A program made the position numbers and the translations under genes. The notes below the pieces were generated by a model that worked only from the letters and a program-made list of their open reading frames with translations, ran no database searches and was not told the origin of the DNA. A DNA stretch of 15,932 nt from a virus. The stretch lies in UHGV virus genome UHGV-0132370; one strand, given 5' to 3'. Each line of letters opens with the position of its first letter. Within the stretch, counting starts at the first letter, position 1. Shown piece after piece: positions 1-7,763 of this stretch.

Positions 1-162
1 CGCGCCATGCTCAACGAACGTTACCAGGACTATGACGCCACGGCATCCGGTGCGAAGCGAGGCGAGGAACTGGCGGAAGCAAGCGGTGATTTATGGCGTG
101 ACGCCCGCTGGGCCATCAGCCGGGTGCAGGATGCGCCGCACTGCACAGTGGAGCTTATCTGA
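1..162 (+). CDS. 3' end of upstream head gene, probably capsid completion protein (P2 gpL-like); partial, start lies outside window
   Basis: Open frame from position 1 to TGA at 160-162, overlapping the ATG of the next gene (TGATG). Position immediately upstream of X matches P2 order L-X. Assignment rests on synteny, not on recognised motifs. Confidence 0.45.
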   Translation, partial: RAMLNERYQDYDATASGAKRGEELAEASGDLWRDARWAISRVQDAPHCTVELI

Positions 163-365
163 TGAAAGTGCGTGCGCATCAGTATGACACGGTGGACGCG
201 CTTTGCTGGCGTCATTACGGGCGCACGCAGGGTGTCACGGAGCAGGTACTGAAGGCAAATCCGGGGCTTGCCGAATACGGCCCCTTTTTACCTCACGGGC
301 TGCAGGTGGAGCTGCCGGACATTCCGACAACCACCACCGTGCAGACCGTCCAGCTATGGGACTGA
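162..365 (+). CDS. X: Tail protein X (P2 gpX-like, 67 aa)
   Basis: 67-aa ORF, same length and position as P2 gpX (between L and the holin); ATG overlaps the upstream stop. Confidence 0.75.
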   Translation: MKVRAHQYDTVDALCWRHYGRTQGVTEQVLKANPGLAEYGPFLPHGLQVELPDIPTTTTVQTVQLWD

Positions 366-368
366 ATT

Positions 369-584
369 ATGACGCTTGAGCGAATCAGCGCCTTTATCAC
401 GTATTGCATCGCCGTCGTGCTAGCCTGGCTGGGCGATTTGTCCATCAAGGATGCCTCAACGCTGGGCGGCCTGATGATCGGTGTGCTGATGCTGGCTATC
501 AACTGGTACTACAAACACAAAGCCTACCAGCTTCTGCGCGACGGGCAGATCTCGCGGGAGGACTATGAATCCATCAATCGTTAA
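369..584 (+). CDS. Holin (71 aa, two predicted transmembrane segments, charged C-terminus)
   Basis: Two hydrophobic stretches (ISAFITYCIAVVLAWLG and LGGLMIGVLMLAINWYY) followed by a charged tail (KHKAYQLLRDGQISREDYE); sits immediately upstream of and overlapping the endolysin gene. Confidence 0.7.
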   Translation: MTLERISAFITYCIAVVLAWLGDLSIKDASTLGGLMIGVLMLAINWYYKHKAYQLLRDGQISREDYESINR

Positions 585-1077
585 ACGCTGCCTTGTCGGG
601 GTTGTGCTGGCTATTGCTGCCACGCTGCCGGGTTTTCAGCAGCTTCACACCTCCGTGGAGGGACTGAAACTGATCGCCGATTACGAAGGCTGTCGTCTGC
701 AGCCGTATCAGTGCAGCGCGGGCGTCTGGACCGACGGCATTGGTAATACGTCGGGCGTCATTCCCGGCAAAACCATTACGGAACGACAGGCAGCAGAAGG
801 GCTTATCTCCAACGTGCTGCGTGTGGAGCGGTCACTGGAAAGGTGTGTGAAGCAACAGCCACCGCAGAAAGTGTATGACGCGGTGGTGTCATTTGCCTTC
901 AACGTGGGGACAGGCAATGCCTGCAGCTCCACGCTGGTGAAATTGCTCAATCAGCGGCGCTGGGCGGATGCGTGCCGACAGTTGCCGCGCTGGGTTTATG
1001 TGAAAGGTGTTTTTAATCAGGGGCTGGATAACCGCCGTGCGCGGGAGATGGCCTGGTGCTTACAGGGAGCAAACTGA
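565..1077 (+). CDS. K: Endolysin, T4-lysozyme-type (GH24-like) with hydrophobic Gly/Ala-rich N-terminal segment (possible SAR endolysin)
   Basis: 170-aa ORF with lysozyme-like motifs (ADYEGCRLQPYQCSAGVWTDGIGNT, VVSFAFNVGTGN); N-terminus KRCLVGVVLAIAATLPGF is weakly hydrophobic; position after the holin as in P2 Y-K. Confidence 0.8.
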   Translation: MNPSIVKRCLVGVVLAIAATLPGFQQLHTSVEGLKLIADYEGCRLQPYQCSAGVWTDGIGNTSGVIPGKTITERQAAEGLISNVLRVERSLERCVKQQPPQKVYDAVVSFAFNVGTGNACSSTLVKLLNQRRWADACRQLPRWVYVKGVFNQGLDNRRAREMAWCLQGAN

Positions 1078-1078
1078 A

Positions 1079-1456
1079 ATGAAAAAGAAATTAATCAGCG
1101 GACTGTTTCTGATGTTATGGATGGCGCTGTTAATCGCAGCAATGGTGTATCCGCAGGGGATCTTTCCGGTACTGGCAGCGTCCGGCGTTTGGGTAGCCTG
1201 TTTGCTGACATGGGCGGTAATTCCGGTAGCACTGGCTGCGTTAATTCAGAATGGCCCGCTCTGGCAGGAGTTGAGGGCATCTTTGCTGAAGAGCATTACC
1301 CGAAAAGAAAACGTATTTATCAGCTGGGTTATGCGATTGCTGATTGTCGTAAGTCTCGCCTGGACGGGGTGGGCTATTACCCTGGTCTTTTATCTGCTGA
1401 CCGTTATTGTCTTCTGGATCACCCGTAACCAGATGGCGCAACAGGTAGCAGCATGA
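1079..1456 (+). CDS. lysA: Lysis accessory membrane protein LysA-like (about 4 predicted TM segments)
   Basis: ATG at 1079 directly after the endolysin stop (1075-1077); product MKKKLISGLFLMLWMALLIAAMVY... is strongly hydrophobic throughout; the track ORF 1007..1456 contains this internal Met as the likely true start. Confidence 0.7.
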   Translation: MKKKLISGLFLMLWMALLIAAMVYPQGIFPVLAASGVWVACLLTWAVIPVALAALIQNGPLWQELRASLLKSITRKENVFISWVMRLLIVVSLAWTGWAITLVFYLLTVIVFWITRNQMAQQVAA

Positions 1457-1881
1457 ACCGGTTGCTGCTGGTTGTGCTGGCGTTATTACTGGCGTCGCTG
1501 GGCTGGCAGACGTGGCGGCTGGCTGATGCCAGCCAGACCATCAGCACGCAGGCAGACGAGCTGCAGAGCAAAAGCCAGGCGCTGGCAAAGAGCAACAACC
1601 AGCTTATCAGCCTGTCCATTCTGACTGAAACTAACAACCGGGAGCAGGCGCGGCTCTATGCCGAAGCAGAACAGACCAGTGCACTGCTGAGACAACGACA
1701 ACGCCGGATTGAGGAACTGAAACGTGAGAACGAGGATTTACGCCGCTGGGCTGATACTCCTTTGCCTGCTGACATTATCCGGCTGCGGGAACGTCCGGCA
1801 CTCACCGGAGGTGCAGCTTACCGTCAGTGGTTGTCCGCGAGTGACGCCGTGTCAGCTGGATCAGGCAGCGCCACACAATAA
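1453..1881 (+). CDS. lysB: Inner-membrane spanin, LysB/Rz-like
   Basis: N-terminal TM segment (LLLVVLALLLASLGW) followed by a charged coiled-coil-like region (QRQRRIEELKRENEDLRRW); ATGA overlap with lysA stop. Confidence 0.8.
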   Translation: MNRLLLVVLALLLASLGWQTWRLADASQTISTQADELQSKSQALAKSNNQLISLSILTETNNREQARLYAEAEQTSALLRQRQRRIEELKRENEDLRRWADTPLPADIIRLRERPALTGGAAYRQWLSASDAVSAGSGSATQ

Positions 1882-2014
1882 CGGTGATCTGAACGCATTG
1901 CTGGATGAAACGGAGGCCGCCTGGGCGGTCTGTGCAGACAAAGTGGACATGATTATTGCGTGTCAGGAGCGAAACAGTGAACAAACCACAATCCCTGCGC
2001 CACGCCCTCAATAA
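1724..2014 (+). CDS. lysC: Outer-membrane lipoprotein spanin, LysC/Rz1-like, in +1 frame overlapping lysB 3' end and R 5' end
   Basis: GTG start at 1724 preceded by GAGGA (1711-1715); lipoprotein signal with lipobox LTLSGC; Pro-rich mature part; embedded/overlapping arrangement typical of Rz/Rz1 and P2 lysB/lysC. Confidence 0.75.
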   Translation: MRTRIYAAGLILLCLLTLSGCGNVRHSPEVQLTVSGCPRVTPCQLDQAAPHNNGDLNALLDETEAAWAVCADKVDMIIACQERNSEQTTIPAPRPQ

Positions 2015-2408
2015 AGCAGTGCCTTATGTCCGTAATAACCCGGACAAACTGCATCTGTTTGTGGATAACGGTTCGCTGGTTGCCACTGGGGCCAGCTCCA
2101 TGTCATGGGAGTACCGCTACACCCTGAACGTGGTAATTGAAGATTTCAGCGGCGACCAGAATCTGCTGATGGCCCCGGTTTTGCTGTGGCTGCGGGATAA
2201 CCAGTCTGATGCCATCAATAACCCGACGTTACGGGAAAAGCTATTCACCTTTGAGGTGGATATTCTGCGCAACGATGTCTGTGATATCAGCCTGAACCTG
2301 CAGCTGACGGAGCGTGTGCTGGTCAGCACTGACGGAAGTGTGTCGAGCGTTGAAGCGATAACGGAACCCGATGAACCTGAAGAAATGTGGACGGTGAAAC
2401 GTGGCTGA
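1977..2408 (+). CDS. R: Tail completion protein R (P2 gpR-like)
   Basis: ORF following the lysis cassette as in P2; likely GTG start at 1977 preceded by AGGAG (1964-1968); the track ORF begins at an upstream TTG (1956). Start is uncertain. Confidence 0.75.
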   Translation: MNKPQSLRHALNKAVPYVRNNPDKLHLFVDNGSLVATGASSMSWEYRYTLNVVIEDFSGDQNLLMAPVLLWLRDNQSDAINNPTLREKLFTFEVDILRNDVCDISLNLQLTERVLVSTDGSVSSVEAITEPDEPEEMWTVKRG

Positions 2409-2847
2409 ACTGCAGAAAGTGGACGACTGGCTGAGTGCCTTGCTGGCGAATCTGGAGCCAGCCGCAAGAAGCCGCATGATGCGCCAGCTGGCGCAGGAAC
2501 TACGCCGGACACAGCAGCAAAATATCAGAATGCAGCGCAATCCAGATGGCAGCAGTTATGAACCGCGACGGGTAACAGCACGCAGTAAAAAAGGCCGTAT
2601 CAAACGTCAGATGTTTGCAAAGCTGCGCACCACAAAATACCTGAAAACTTCCGCCAGCGCCGACTCTGCCAGCGTGCAGTTTGAAGGCAAGGTACAGCGC
2701 ATTGCCCGTGTTCATCACTACGGCTTACGTGATCGCGTCAGCCGCAAAGGACCGGAGGTCCGTTACGCAGAGCGTCGCCTTCTGGGTGTAAATGATGATG
2801 TTGAGGCAATGACCCGCGACATGATTCTGCAATGGCTGGCGGGGTGA
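2401..2847 (+). CDS. S: Tail completion protein S (P2 gpS-like)
   Basis: 148-aa ORF, position and size as P2 gpS; GTG at 2401 overlaps the R stop (2406-2408). Confidence 0.75.
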   Translation: MAELQKVDDWLSALLANLEPAARSRMMRQLAQELRRTQQQNIRMQRNPDGSSYEPRRVTARSKKGRIKRQMFAKLRTTKYLKTSASADSASVQFEGKVQRIARVHHYGLRDRVSRKGPEVRYAERRLLGVNDDVEAMTRDMILQWLAG

Positions 2848-2851
2848 TTTT

Positions 2852-2869
2852 TGTATCAGCACTGATACA
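2852..2869 (+). promoter_or_regulatory. TGT-N12-ACA dyad (tgtatcagcactgataca), candidate Ogr/Delta-type late activator site of the promoter preceding V
   Basis: Perfect 8+8 inverted repeat tgtatcag/ctgataca in the only sizeable intergenic gap (2848..2915) between S and V, where P2 carries its late promoter for the V operon. Confidence 0.6.
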
Positions 2870-2915
2870 AGTTGCAGCACTGCCGCCTTTCTTCCCCTGA
2901 TGGCAACCTTTCCCT

Positions 2916-3494
2916 ATGAACGCACAATTAACCGAAATCATGCGCCTTATCACCAACCTGATCCGCACTGGGGTAGTCACCGAAGTGGACAGGACAAACT
3001 GGCTTTGCCGGGTGAAAACGGGCGACCTTGAAACCAACTGGATCAGCTGGCTGACGCTGCGTGCCGGGAATGCCCGGACATGGTGGCGACCATCGGAAGG
3101 TGAGCAGGTGGTGCTGCTGAGTATGGGCGGTAATCTGGAAACAGCTTTTGCGCTGCCCGCCATCTATTCGAATCAGTTCGCACCACCGTCGACGTCGGCG
3201 GACGCCTGCGTGACAGAACATCCTGACGGTGGCTGGTTTGAATACGAACCTGCCACCGGGCGCTGGTATGTCAGGGGCATCAAATCCATGGTCATTGAGG
3301 CTGCCGATAACATCACCCTGAAAACCAGTGAGTTTGTGCTGGAGGCTGAGTGCACGCGTATTAACAGCGAAGTGGTGGTCAATGGTGGCGTTACTCAGGG
3401 CGGCGGAGCGATGAGTTCTAACGGGATCGTGGTTGATGCACATCAGCATACTGGCGTCCTGAAAGGCGGCGATACAACCGGAGGCCCGGTATGA
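2916..3494 (+). CDS. V: Baseplate central spike protein V (P2 gpV-like)
   Basis: 192-aa ORF at the gpV position; Gly-rich C-terminal region (VNGGVTQGGGAMSSNGIVVDAHQHTGVLKGGDTTGGPV) typical of spike tips; an alternative start at ATG 2940 is possible. Confidence 0.8.
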   Translation: MNAQLTEIMRLITNLIRTGVVTEVDRTNWLCRVKTGDLETNWISWLTLRAGNARTWWRPSEGEQVVLLSMGGNLETAFALPAIYSNQFAPPSTSADACVTEHPDGGWFEYEPATGRWYVRGIKSMVIEAADNITLKTSEFVLEAECTRINSEVVVNGGVTQGGGAMSSNGIVVDAHQHTGVLKGGDTTGGPV

Positions 3495-3850
3495 CGCTTT
3501 ATAGCGGGATGAACAATACCAGCGGTAAAGCCATTACTGATATTGACCATCTGCGCCAGTCGGTGCGGGACATTTTGCTGACGCCGCAGGGTAGCCGCAT
3601 TGCCCGTCGGGAATATGGTTCCCTGCTGTCGGCACTGATAGACCAGCCACAAAATCCGGCATTACGCCTGCAGGTCATGTCGGCAGTGTATGTGGCGCTG
3701 AGTCGCTGGGAGCCACGGCTGACGCTGGATTCCATCACCATTAACAGCAATTTTGACGGTTCAATGGTGGTGGAGCTGACCGGGCGGCGTAATAACGGTG
3801 TGCCTGTTTCCCTTTCCGTATCAACAGGAGCAGAGAATGGCAGTGATTGA
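3491..3850 (+). CDS. W: Baseplate wedge protein W (gp25-like)
   Basis: 119-aa ORF, ATGA overlap with V stop; size and position as P2 gpW. Confidence 0.8.
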   Translation: MTLYSGMNNTSGKAITDIDHLRQSVRDILLTPQGSRIARREYGSLLSALIDQPQNPALRLQVMSAVYVALSRWEPRLTLDSITINSNFDGSMVVELTGRRNNGVPVSLSVSTGAENGSD

Positions 3851-4745
3851 CCTTTCGCAGTTGCCTGCGCCGCAGATTGTGGATGTGCCGGACTTTGAGA
3901 CGCTGCTTGCCGAACGCAAGGCCGAATTTGTTGCGCTTCATCCGAAAGATGAGCAGGAAGCAGTGATCCGCACGCTGGAACTGGAATCTGAACCCGTCAC
4001 CAAATTGCTTCAGGAGAACGCTTACCGTGAGTTGCTTCTGCGCCAGCGCATTAACGAAGCCGCGCATGCTGTGATGGTGGCTTACGCGATGGGCGGCGAT
4101 CTTGACCAGCTCGCTGCCAACTACAACGTGAAACGCCTGACGGTGACGCCTGCTGATAATGACGCTGTGCCACCCGTTGCGGCTGTGATGGAAAGCGATG
4201 AAGCGTTACGCCTGCGTGTGCCTGCGGCTTTTGAAGGGCTTTCGGTTGCGGGGCCAACCGCAGCTTATGAATTTCATGCCCGAAGCGCCGACGGTCGGGT
4301 GGCGGATGCCAGTGCAACCAGCCCGGCACCTGCAGAGGTGGTGCTTACGGTCCTAAGCCGTGAAGGCGACGGAACAGCAGAAAAAGACCTGCTGGACGTG
4401 GTGGAAAAAGCTCTGAACAGTGAGAACGTTCGCCCGGTGGCTGACCGTCTGACGGTTCGCAGCGCAGAAATCATCCCGTATCGCGTGGAAGCCACCATTT
4501 TTCTCTATCCGGGGCCGGAAGCAGAGCCGGTAATGGCAGCGGCAAAAGCCAGCCTGCAGAAATACATCGCCAGTCAGACGCGGCTTGGTAGGGATATTCG
4601 CCGTAGCGCCATCTTTGCCGCCCTGCATGTTGAGGGTGTACAGCGTGTGGAGCTGGCTTCGCCGCTGGCGGATGTGGTTTTGAACAAAACGCAGGCGGCA
4701 TCATGTACGGAGTGGAGCGTGACCAACGGGGGAACGGATGAATAG
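3837..4745 (+). CDS. J: Baseplate assembly protein J
   Basis: ATG at 3837 preceded by CAGGAG (3824-3829), 302 aa like P2 gpJ; the track ORF starting at 3798 includes an unlikely upstream extension. Confidence 0.85.
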   Translation: MAVIDLSQLPAPQIVDVPDFETLLAERKAEFVALHPKDEQEAVIRTLELESEPVTKLLQENAYRELLLRQRINEAAHAVMVAYAMGGDLDQLAANYNVKRLTVTPADNDAVPPVAAVMESDEALRLRVPAAFEGLSVAGPTAAYEFHARSADGRVADASATSPAPAEVVLTVLSREGDGTAEKDLLDVVEKALNSENVRPVADRLTVRSAEIIPYRVEATIFLYPGPEAEPVMAAAKASLQKYIASQTRLGRDIRRSAIFAALHVEGVQRVELASPLADVVLNKTQAASCTEWSVTNGGTDE

Positions 4746-5343
4746 TCTGCTGCCATCGGGGTCAACTTCACTGGAGCGCCGACTGGCGCAAACGTGCAGC
4801 GGGATTTCTGATCTGCAGGTGCCGCTGCGTGACTTGTGGAATCCGGCTACCTGCCCGGTCAGCTTCCTGCCTTATCTCGCCTGGGCGTTCTCTGTGGATC
4901 GCTGGGACGAAGGCTGGACAGAAAGCGTCAAGCGCCAGGTGGTGAAGGATGCTTTTTATATTCATCAGCATAAAGGGACCACCAGTGCCGTGCGGCGGGT
5001 GGTGGAGCCGTTCGGCTTTCTGATCCGCATTATTGAGTGGTGGCAAACCGGAGAGGCACCGGGCACGTTTCGCCTGGATATCGGCGTGCAGGACCAGGGC
5101 ATCACTGAAGATACCTATCTGGAACTTGAGCGACTGATAAGCGATGCCAAACCATGTAGCCGCCACATGATCGGCATGTCCATCAATCTGCAGACCAGCG
5201 GCCCGTATTGGGTGGGAGCCGCCAGCTATCTTGGCGAAGAAATCACGATCTATCCGTATATCAACGAAACGATTATTTCCGGTGGCACCGCGCATGAAGG
5301 CGGGGCGGTCCATGTTATTGACACAATGAGAGTGAATCCATGA
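4738..5343 (+). CDS. I: Baseplate/tail protein I
   Basis: 201-aa ORF overlapping J stop and H start; position as P2 gpI. Confidence 0.8.
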   Translation: MNSLLPSGSTSLERRLAQTCSGISDLQVPLRDLWNPATCPVSFLPYLAWAFSVDRWDEGWTESVKRQVVKDAFYIHQHKGTTSAVRRVVEPFGFLIRIIEWWQTGEAPGTFRLDIGVQDQGITEDTYLELERLISDAKPCSRHMIGMSINLQTSGPYWVGAASYLGEEITIYPYINETIISGGTAHEGGAVHVIDTMRVNP

Positions 5344-6746
5344 GCACAAAATTTTATACCCTGCTGACGGATATTGGCGCGGCGAAACTTGCCAGCGCCG
5401 CCGCGCTCGGTGTGCCGCTAAAAATTACCCATATGGCGGTGGGCGATGGCGGCGGAGTATTGCCAACGCCGGACGCAAAGCAGACGGCACTGGTAAATGA
5501 GAAACGCCGGGCTGCGCTGAATATGCTCTATATCGACCCGCAGAACAGCAGCCAGATTATTGCTGAACAGGTGATCCCTGAAAACGAGGGCGGTTGGTGG
5601 ATACGTGAAGTGGGCCTGTTTGATGAGTCCGGGGCATTGATTGCCGTGGGCAACTGCCCGGAAAGCTATAAGCCGCAACTGGCTGAAGGCAGCGGGCGTA
5701 CCCAGACCGTGCGTATGGTGTTGATTACCAGCAGCACGGACAATATCACCCTGAAAATCGACCCTGCCGTAGTGCTGGCAACCCGCAAGTATGTGGATGA
5801 TAAGGTACTGGAGCTGAAGGTGTACGCGGATGATCAGATGGCAAAACATCTTGCCGCACCGGACCCGCATTCACAGTATGCACAGAAAGAAAGTCCTACG
5901 TTTACCGGGACACCCAAAGCGCCAACGCCAGCGGCGGGGAATAACACCACGCAGGTTGCGACCACCGCGTTTGTTCAGGAGGCACTGACGGCTCTTATTA
6001 ATGGTGCGCCAGCCACGCTGGACACGCTGAAAGAAATAGCCGTAGCCATTAACAATGATCCGAAATTCAGTACCACCATTAACAATGCGCTGGCACTGAA
6101 AGCGCCGCTGTCGAGTCCGGCACTCACCGGAACGCCAACAGCCCCCACGGCGGCGCAGTCGGTCAACAATACACAGATTGCCACCACGGCTTTTGTGAAA
6201 TCGGCGATTGCGGCAATGGTGGGTTCTGCACCTGCGGCACTGGATACACTGAACGAACTGGCGGCGGCGCTGGGGAATGACCCGAACTTTGCCACGACAA
6301 TGCTTAATGCACTGGCAGGTAAACAACCGCTGGACAATACGCTGACTAATTTGAGTGGAAAGGATGTTGCTGGTCTTCTCGCATACCTTGGTTTGGGAGA
6401 AGCGGCGAAAAGGGATGTGGGCACAGGAGATAATCAGATACCGGATATGGGAGCATTCGCTTCTGGTTCGGGATGGTTCAGGCTACCAGGTGGATATATT
6501 GTTCAGTTTGGCACTTTTTCAGGAAACACGACCCGCTTTATCAGTGGACACTTCCCTATACCATTCCCTAATCAGCCGATGGTTTCAGTCAGTGTTATGT
6601 CTGATGCCGTTCAGTCAGACCCGTCGATTCCTGCCCCGCAGGTTTTGTCTGTAAATTTTGAACGTATCAGTAATTCAGCGTGGCGTGTGGCAACCAGTGA
6701 TATCTCACAGCAATACAGATTCAGTTATATTTCGATAGGACGGTAG
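5340..6746 (+). CDS. H: Tail fibre protein H (constant N-terminal part 5340..6389 plus currently expressed variable C-terminal domain 6390..6746)
   Basis: 468-aa ORF with N-terminus MSTKFYTLLTDIGAAKLA..., internal tandem ~73-aa tail-fibre repeats, and a compositionally distinct (AT-richer) 3' end that begins at the left crossover site. Confidence 0.9.
   Translation: MSTKFYTLLTDIGAAKLASAAALGVPLKITHMAVGDGGGVLPTPDAKQTALVNEKRRAALNMLYIDPQNSSQIIAEQVIPENEGGWWIREVGLFDESGALIAVGNCPESYKPQLAEGSGRTQTVRMVLITSSTDNITLKIDPAVVLATRKYVDDKVLELKVYADDQMAKHLAAPDPHSQYAQKESPTFTGTPKAPTPAAGNNTTQVATTAFVQEALTALINGAPATLDTLKEIAVAINNDPKFSTTINNALALKAPLSSPALTGTPTAPTAAQSVNNTQIATTAFVKSAIAAMVGSAPAALDTLNELAAALGNDPNFATTMLNALAGKQPLDNTLTNLSGKDVAGLLAYLGLGEAAKRDVGTGDNQIPDMGAFASGSGWFRLPGGYIVQFGTFSGNTTRFISGHFPIPFPNQPMVSVSVMSDAVQSDPSIPAPQVLSVNFERISNSAWRVATSDISQQYRFSYISIGR
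6376..6401. repeat. Left crossover-like site (26 bp, ttctcgcatacc-tt-ggtttgggagaa) inside H; 6388..6401 is a 14-bp perfect inverted repeat of 8255..8268
   Basis: 12-2-12 dyad resembling gix/hix/cix invertase crossover sites; the reverse complement of 6388..6401 (ttctcccaaaccaa) is identical to 8255..8268. Confidence 0.75.
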
Positions 6747-6748
6747 AA

Positions 6749-7189
6749 ATGCAGAAATATATTTTCAGTGCCGATAAAAATGCGTTTTTCCCTGTGGAGC
6801 TTAAAATCGCTTATCAGGAATCCGGCGAATGGCCCGATGATGGAATCGAAATTGACGACACTGTTGCTGCCGAATTTATGAAGGAAGCACCAGAAGGAAA
6901 ATACAGAGGTGTCATCGACGGAATGCCTGCATGGATTGATATTCCACCGCCAACTCATGAGGAACAAATTGCCGCAGCCGAACTGAAAAAGCAGCAATTG
7001 ATTAATCAGGTCAACGAATACATAAACAGTAAGCAATGGCCTGGTAAAGCGGCGATTGGTCGCCTGAAAGGTGAGGAACTGGTGCAATATAATTTGTGGC
7101 TGGATTATCTGGACGCACTGGAACTGGTCGATACTTCCGGTGCGCCAGATATTGAATGGCCTACGCCTCCGGCAGTTCAGGCCAGATGA
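6749..7189 (+). CDS. G: Tail fibre assembly chaperone (P2 gpG-like / Tfa), partner of the current H C-terminus
   Basis: 146-aa ORF 3 bp after H stop; C-terminal motif LVDTSGAPDIEWPTPPA shared with the convergent - strand paralogue. Confidence 0.8.
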   Translation: MQKYIFSADKNAFFPVELKIAYQESGEWPDDGIEIDDTVAAEFMKEAPEGKYRGVIDGMPAWIDIPPPTHEEQIAAAELKKQQLINQVNEYINSKQWPGKAAIGRLKGEELVQYNLWLDYLDALELVDTSGAPDIEWPTPPAVQAR

Positions 7190-7763
7190 CATCAGGCGCG
7201 GTGCTGGTATCTGTTGCCGTCACCGCGTCAATATAATCCAGCACAGCGTTAAGTCGGGTTGTTTCTGCCTGCGTCAGCTTCCGTCCGGCCTGTAATTTCA
7301 GTTGAATCAGACTGATGGAAGACATTGCTGCATCAATCAGTGACTGGCGCTGTGCTTCTGCCGCTTCTACTGCGGCGCTATGCTGTGCCTCAGTATCCGT
7401 CACCCATTTCTCACCATCCCATTTATCATATGGCGTTAACGGGGCGATAGTGGTTGTATTTTCAGGGTAATCACCCAGAGATGTGATTTCTTTCGATTCT
7501 CCTGTTTCGGTGCTATAGATGATTTCACCGCGATGGTCTGGCACATATTCCCATGAGTTAAAATCTGCAGAGCGGCAGATTGCATAACCGGCTTTATGTG
7601 TACCTGGTGCATCTAAGCATGAATACGCCGGAATACCGACACCCACAGCAAGGTATTCGGTTGATGTGGAAAGATATTCCTTCGTCTCAGCATCAAAATT
7701 ATAAACGGTAATGTTTCCTGCCTTTGTAGTAATGAGTTCGCTATTTAATACGGCTTTATTCAT
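7161..7763 (-). CDS. Alternative tail fibre assembly chaperone (tfa'), partner of the silent fibre cassette
   Basis: 200-aa ORF on - strand, convergent with G (3' ends overlap 7161..7189); C-terminus DTSTAPDVIWPELPEA parallels the G C-terminus; start ATG overlaps the stop of the upstream - strand cassette (TGATG). Confidence 0.75.
   Translation of the reverse strand: MNKAVLNSELITTKAGNITVYNFDAETKEYLSTSTEYLAVGVGIPAYSCLDAPGTHKAGYAICRSADFNSWEYVPDHRGEIIYSTETGESKEITSLGDYPENTTTIAPLTPYDKWDGEKWVTDTEAQHSAAVEAAEAQRQSLIDAAMSSISLIQLKLQAGRKLTQAETTRLNAVLDYIDAVTATDTSTAPDVIWPELPEA

Noticed and set aside
1117-1428. 103-aa + strand ORF in an alternative frame within lysA
   Set aside because: Overlaps the strongly hydrophobic lysA frame that fits P2 synteny; translation is Gly/Ser-rich with no motifs.
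1956-1976. TTG start for R given by the ORF track
   Set aside because: GTG at 1977 has a well-spaced AGGAG and gives an N-terminus matching the expected size; the TTG extension lacks an RBS. Kept as an uncertainty, not as a separate feature.
2928-3449. 173-aa - strand ORF antisense to V
   Set aside because: Fully contained within the V coding region, which has clear synteny and size support; no RBS; typical antisense open frame in GC-rich sequence.
4768-5349. 193-aa - strand ORF antisense to I
   Set aside because: Antisense to a syntenic baseplate gene; no supporting features.
5871-6424. Two overlapping - strand ORFs (151 and 149 aa) antisense to H
   Set aside because: Arg/Cys-rich or Ala/Ser-rich low-complexity translations opposite the repeat-containing fibre shaft; considered artefacts.
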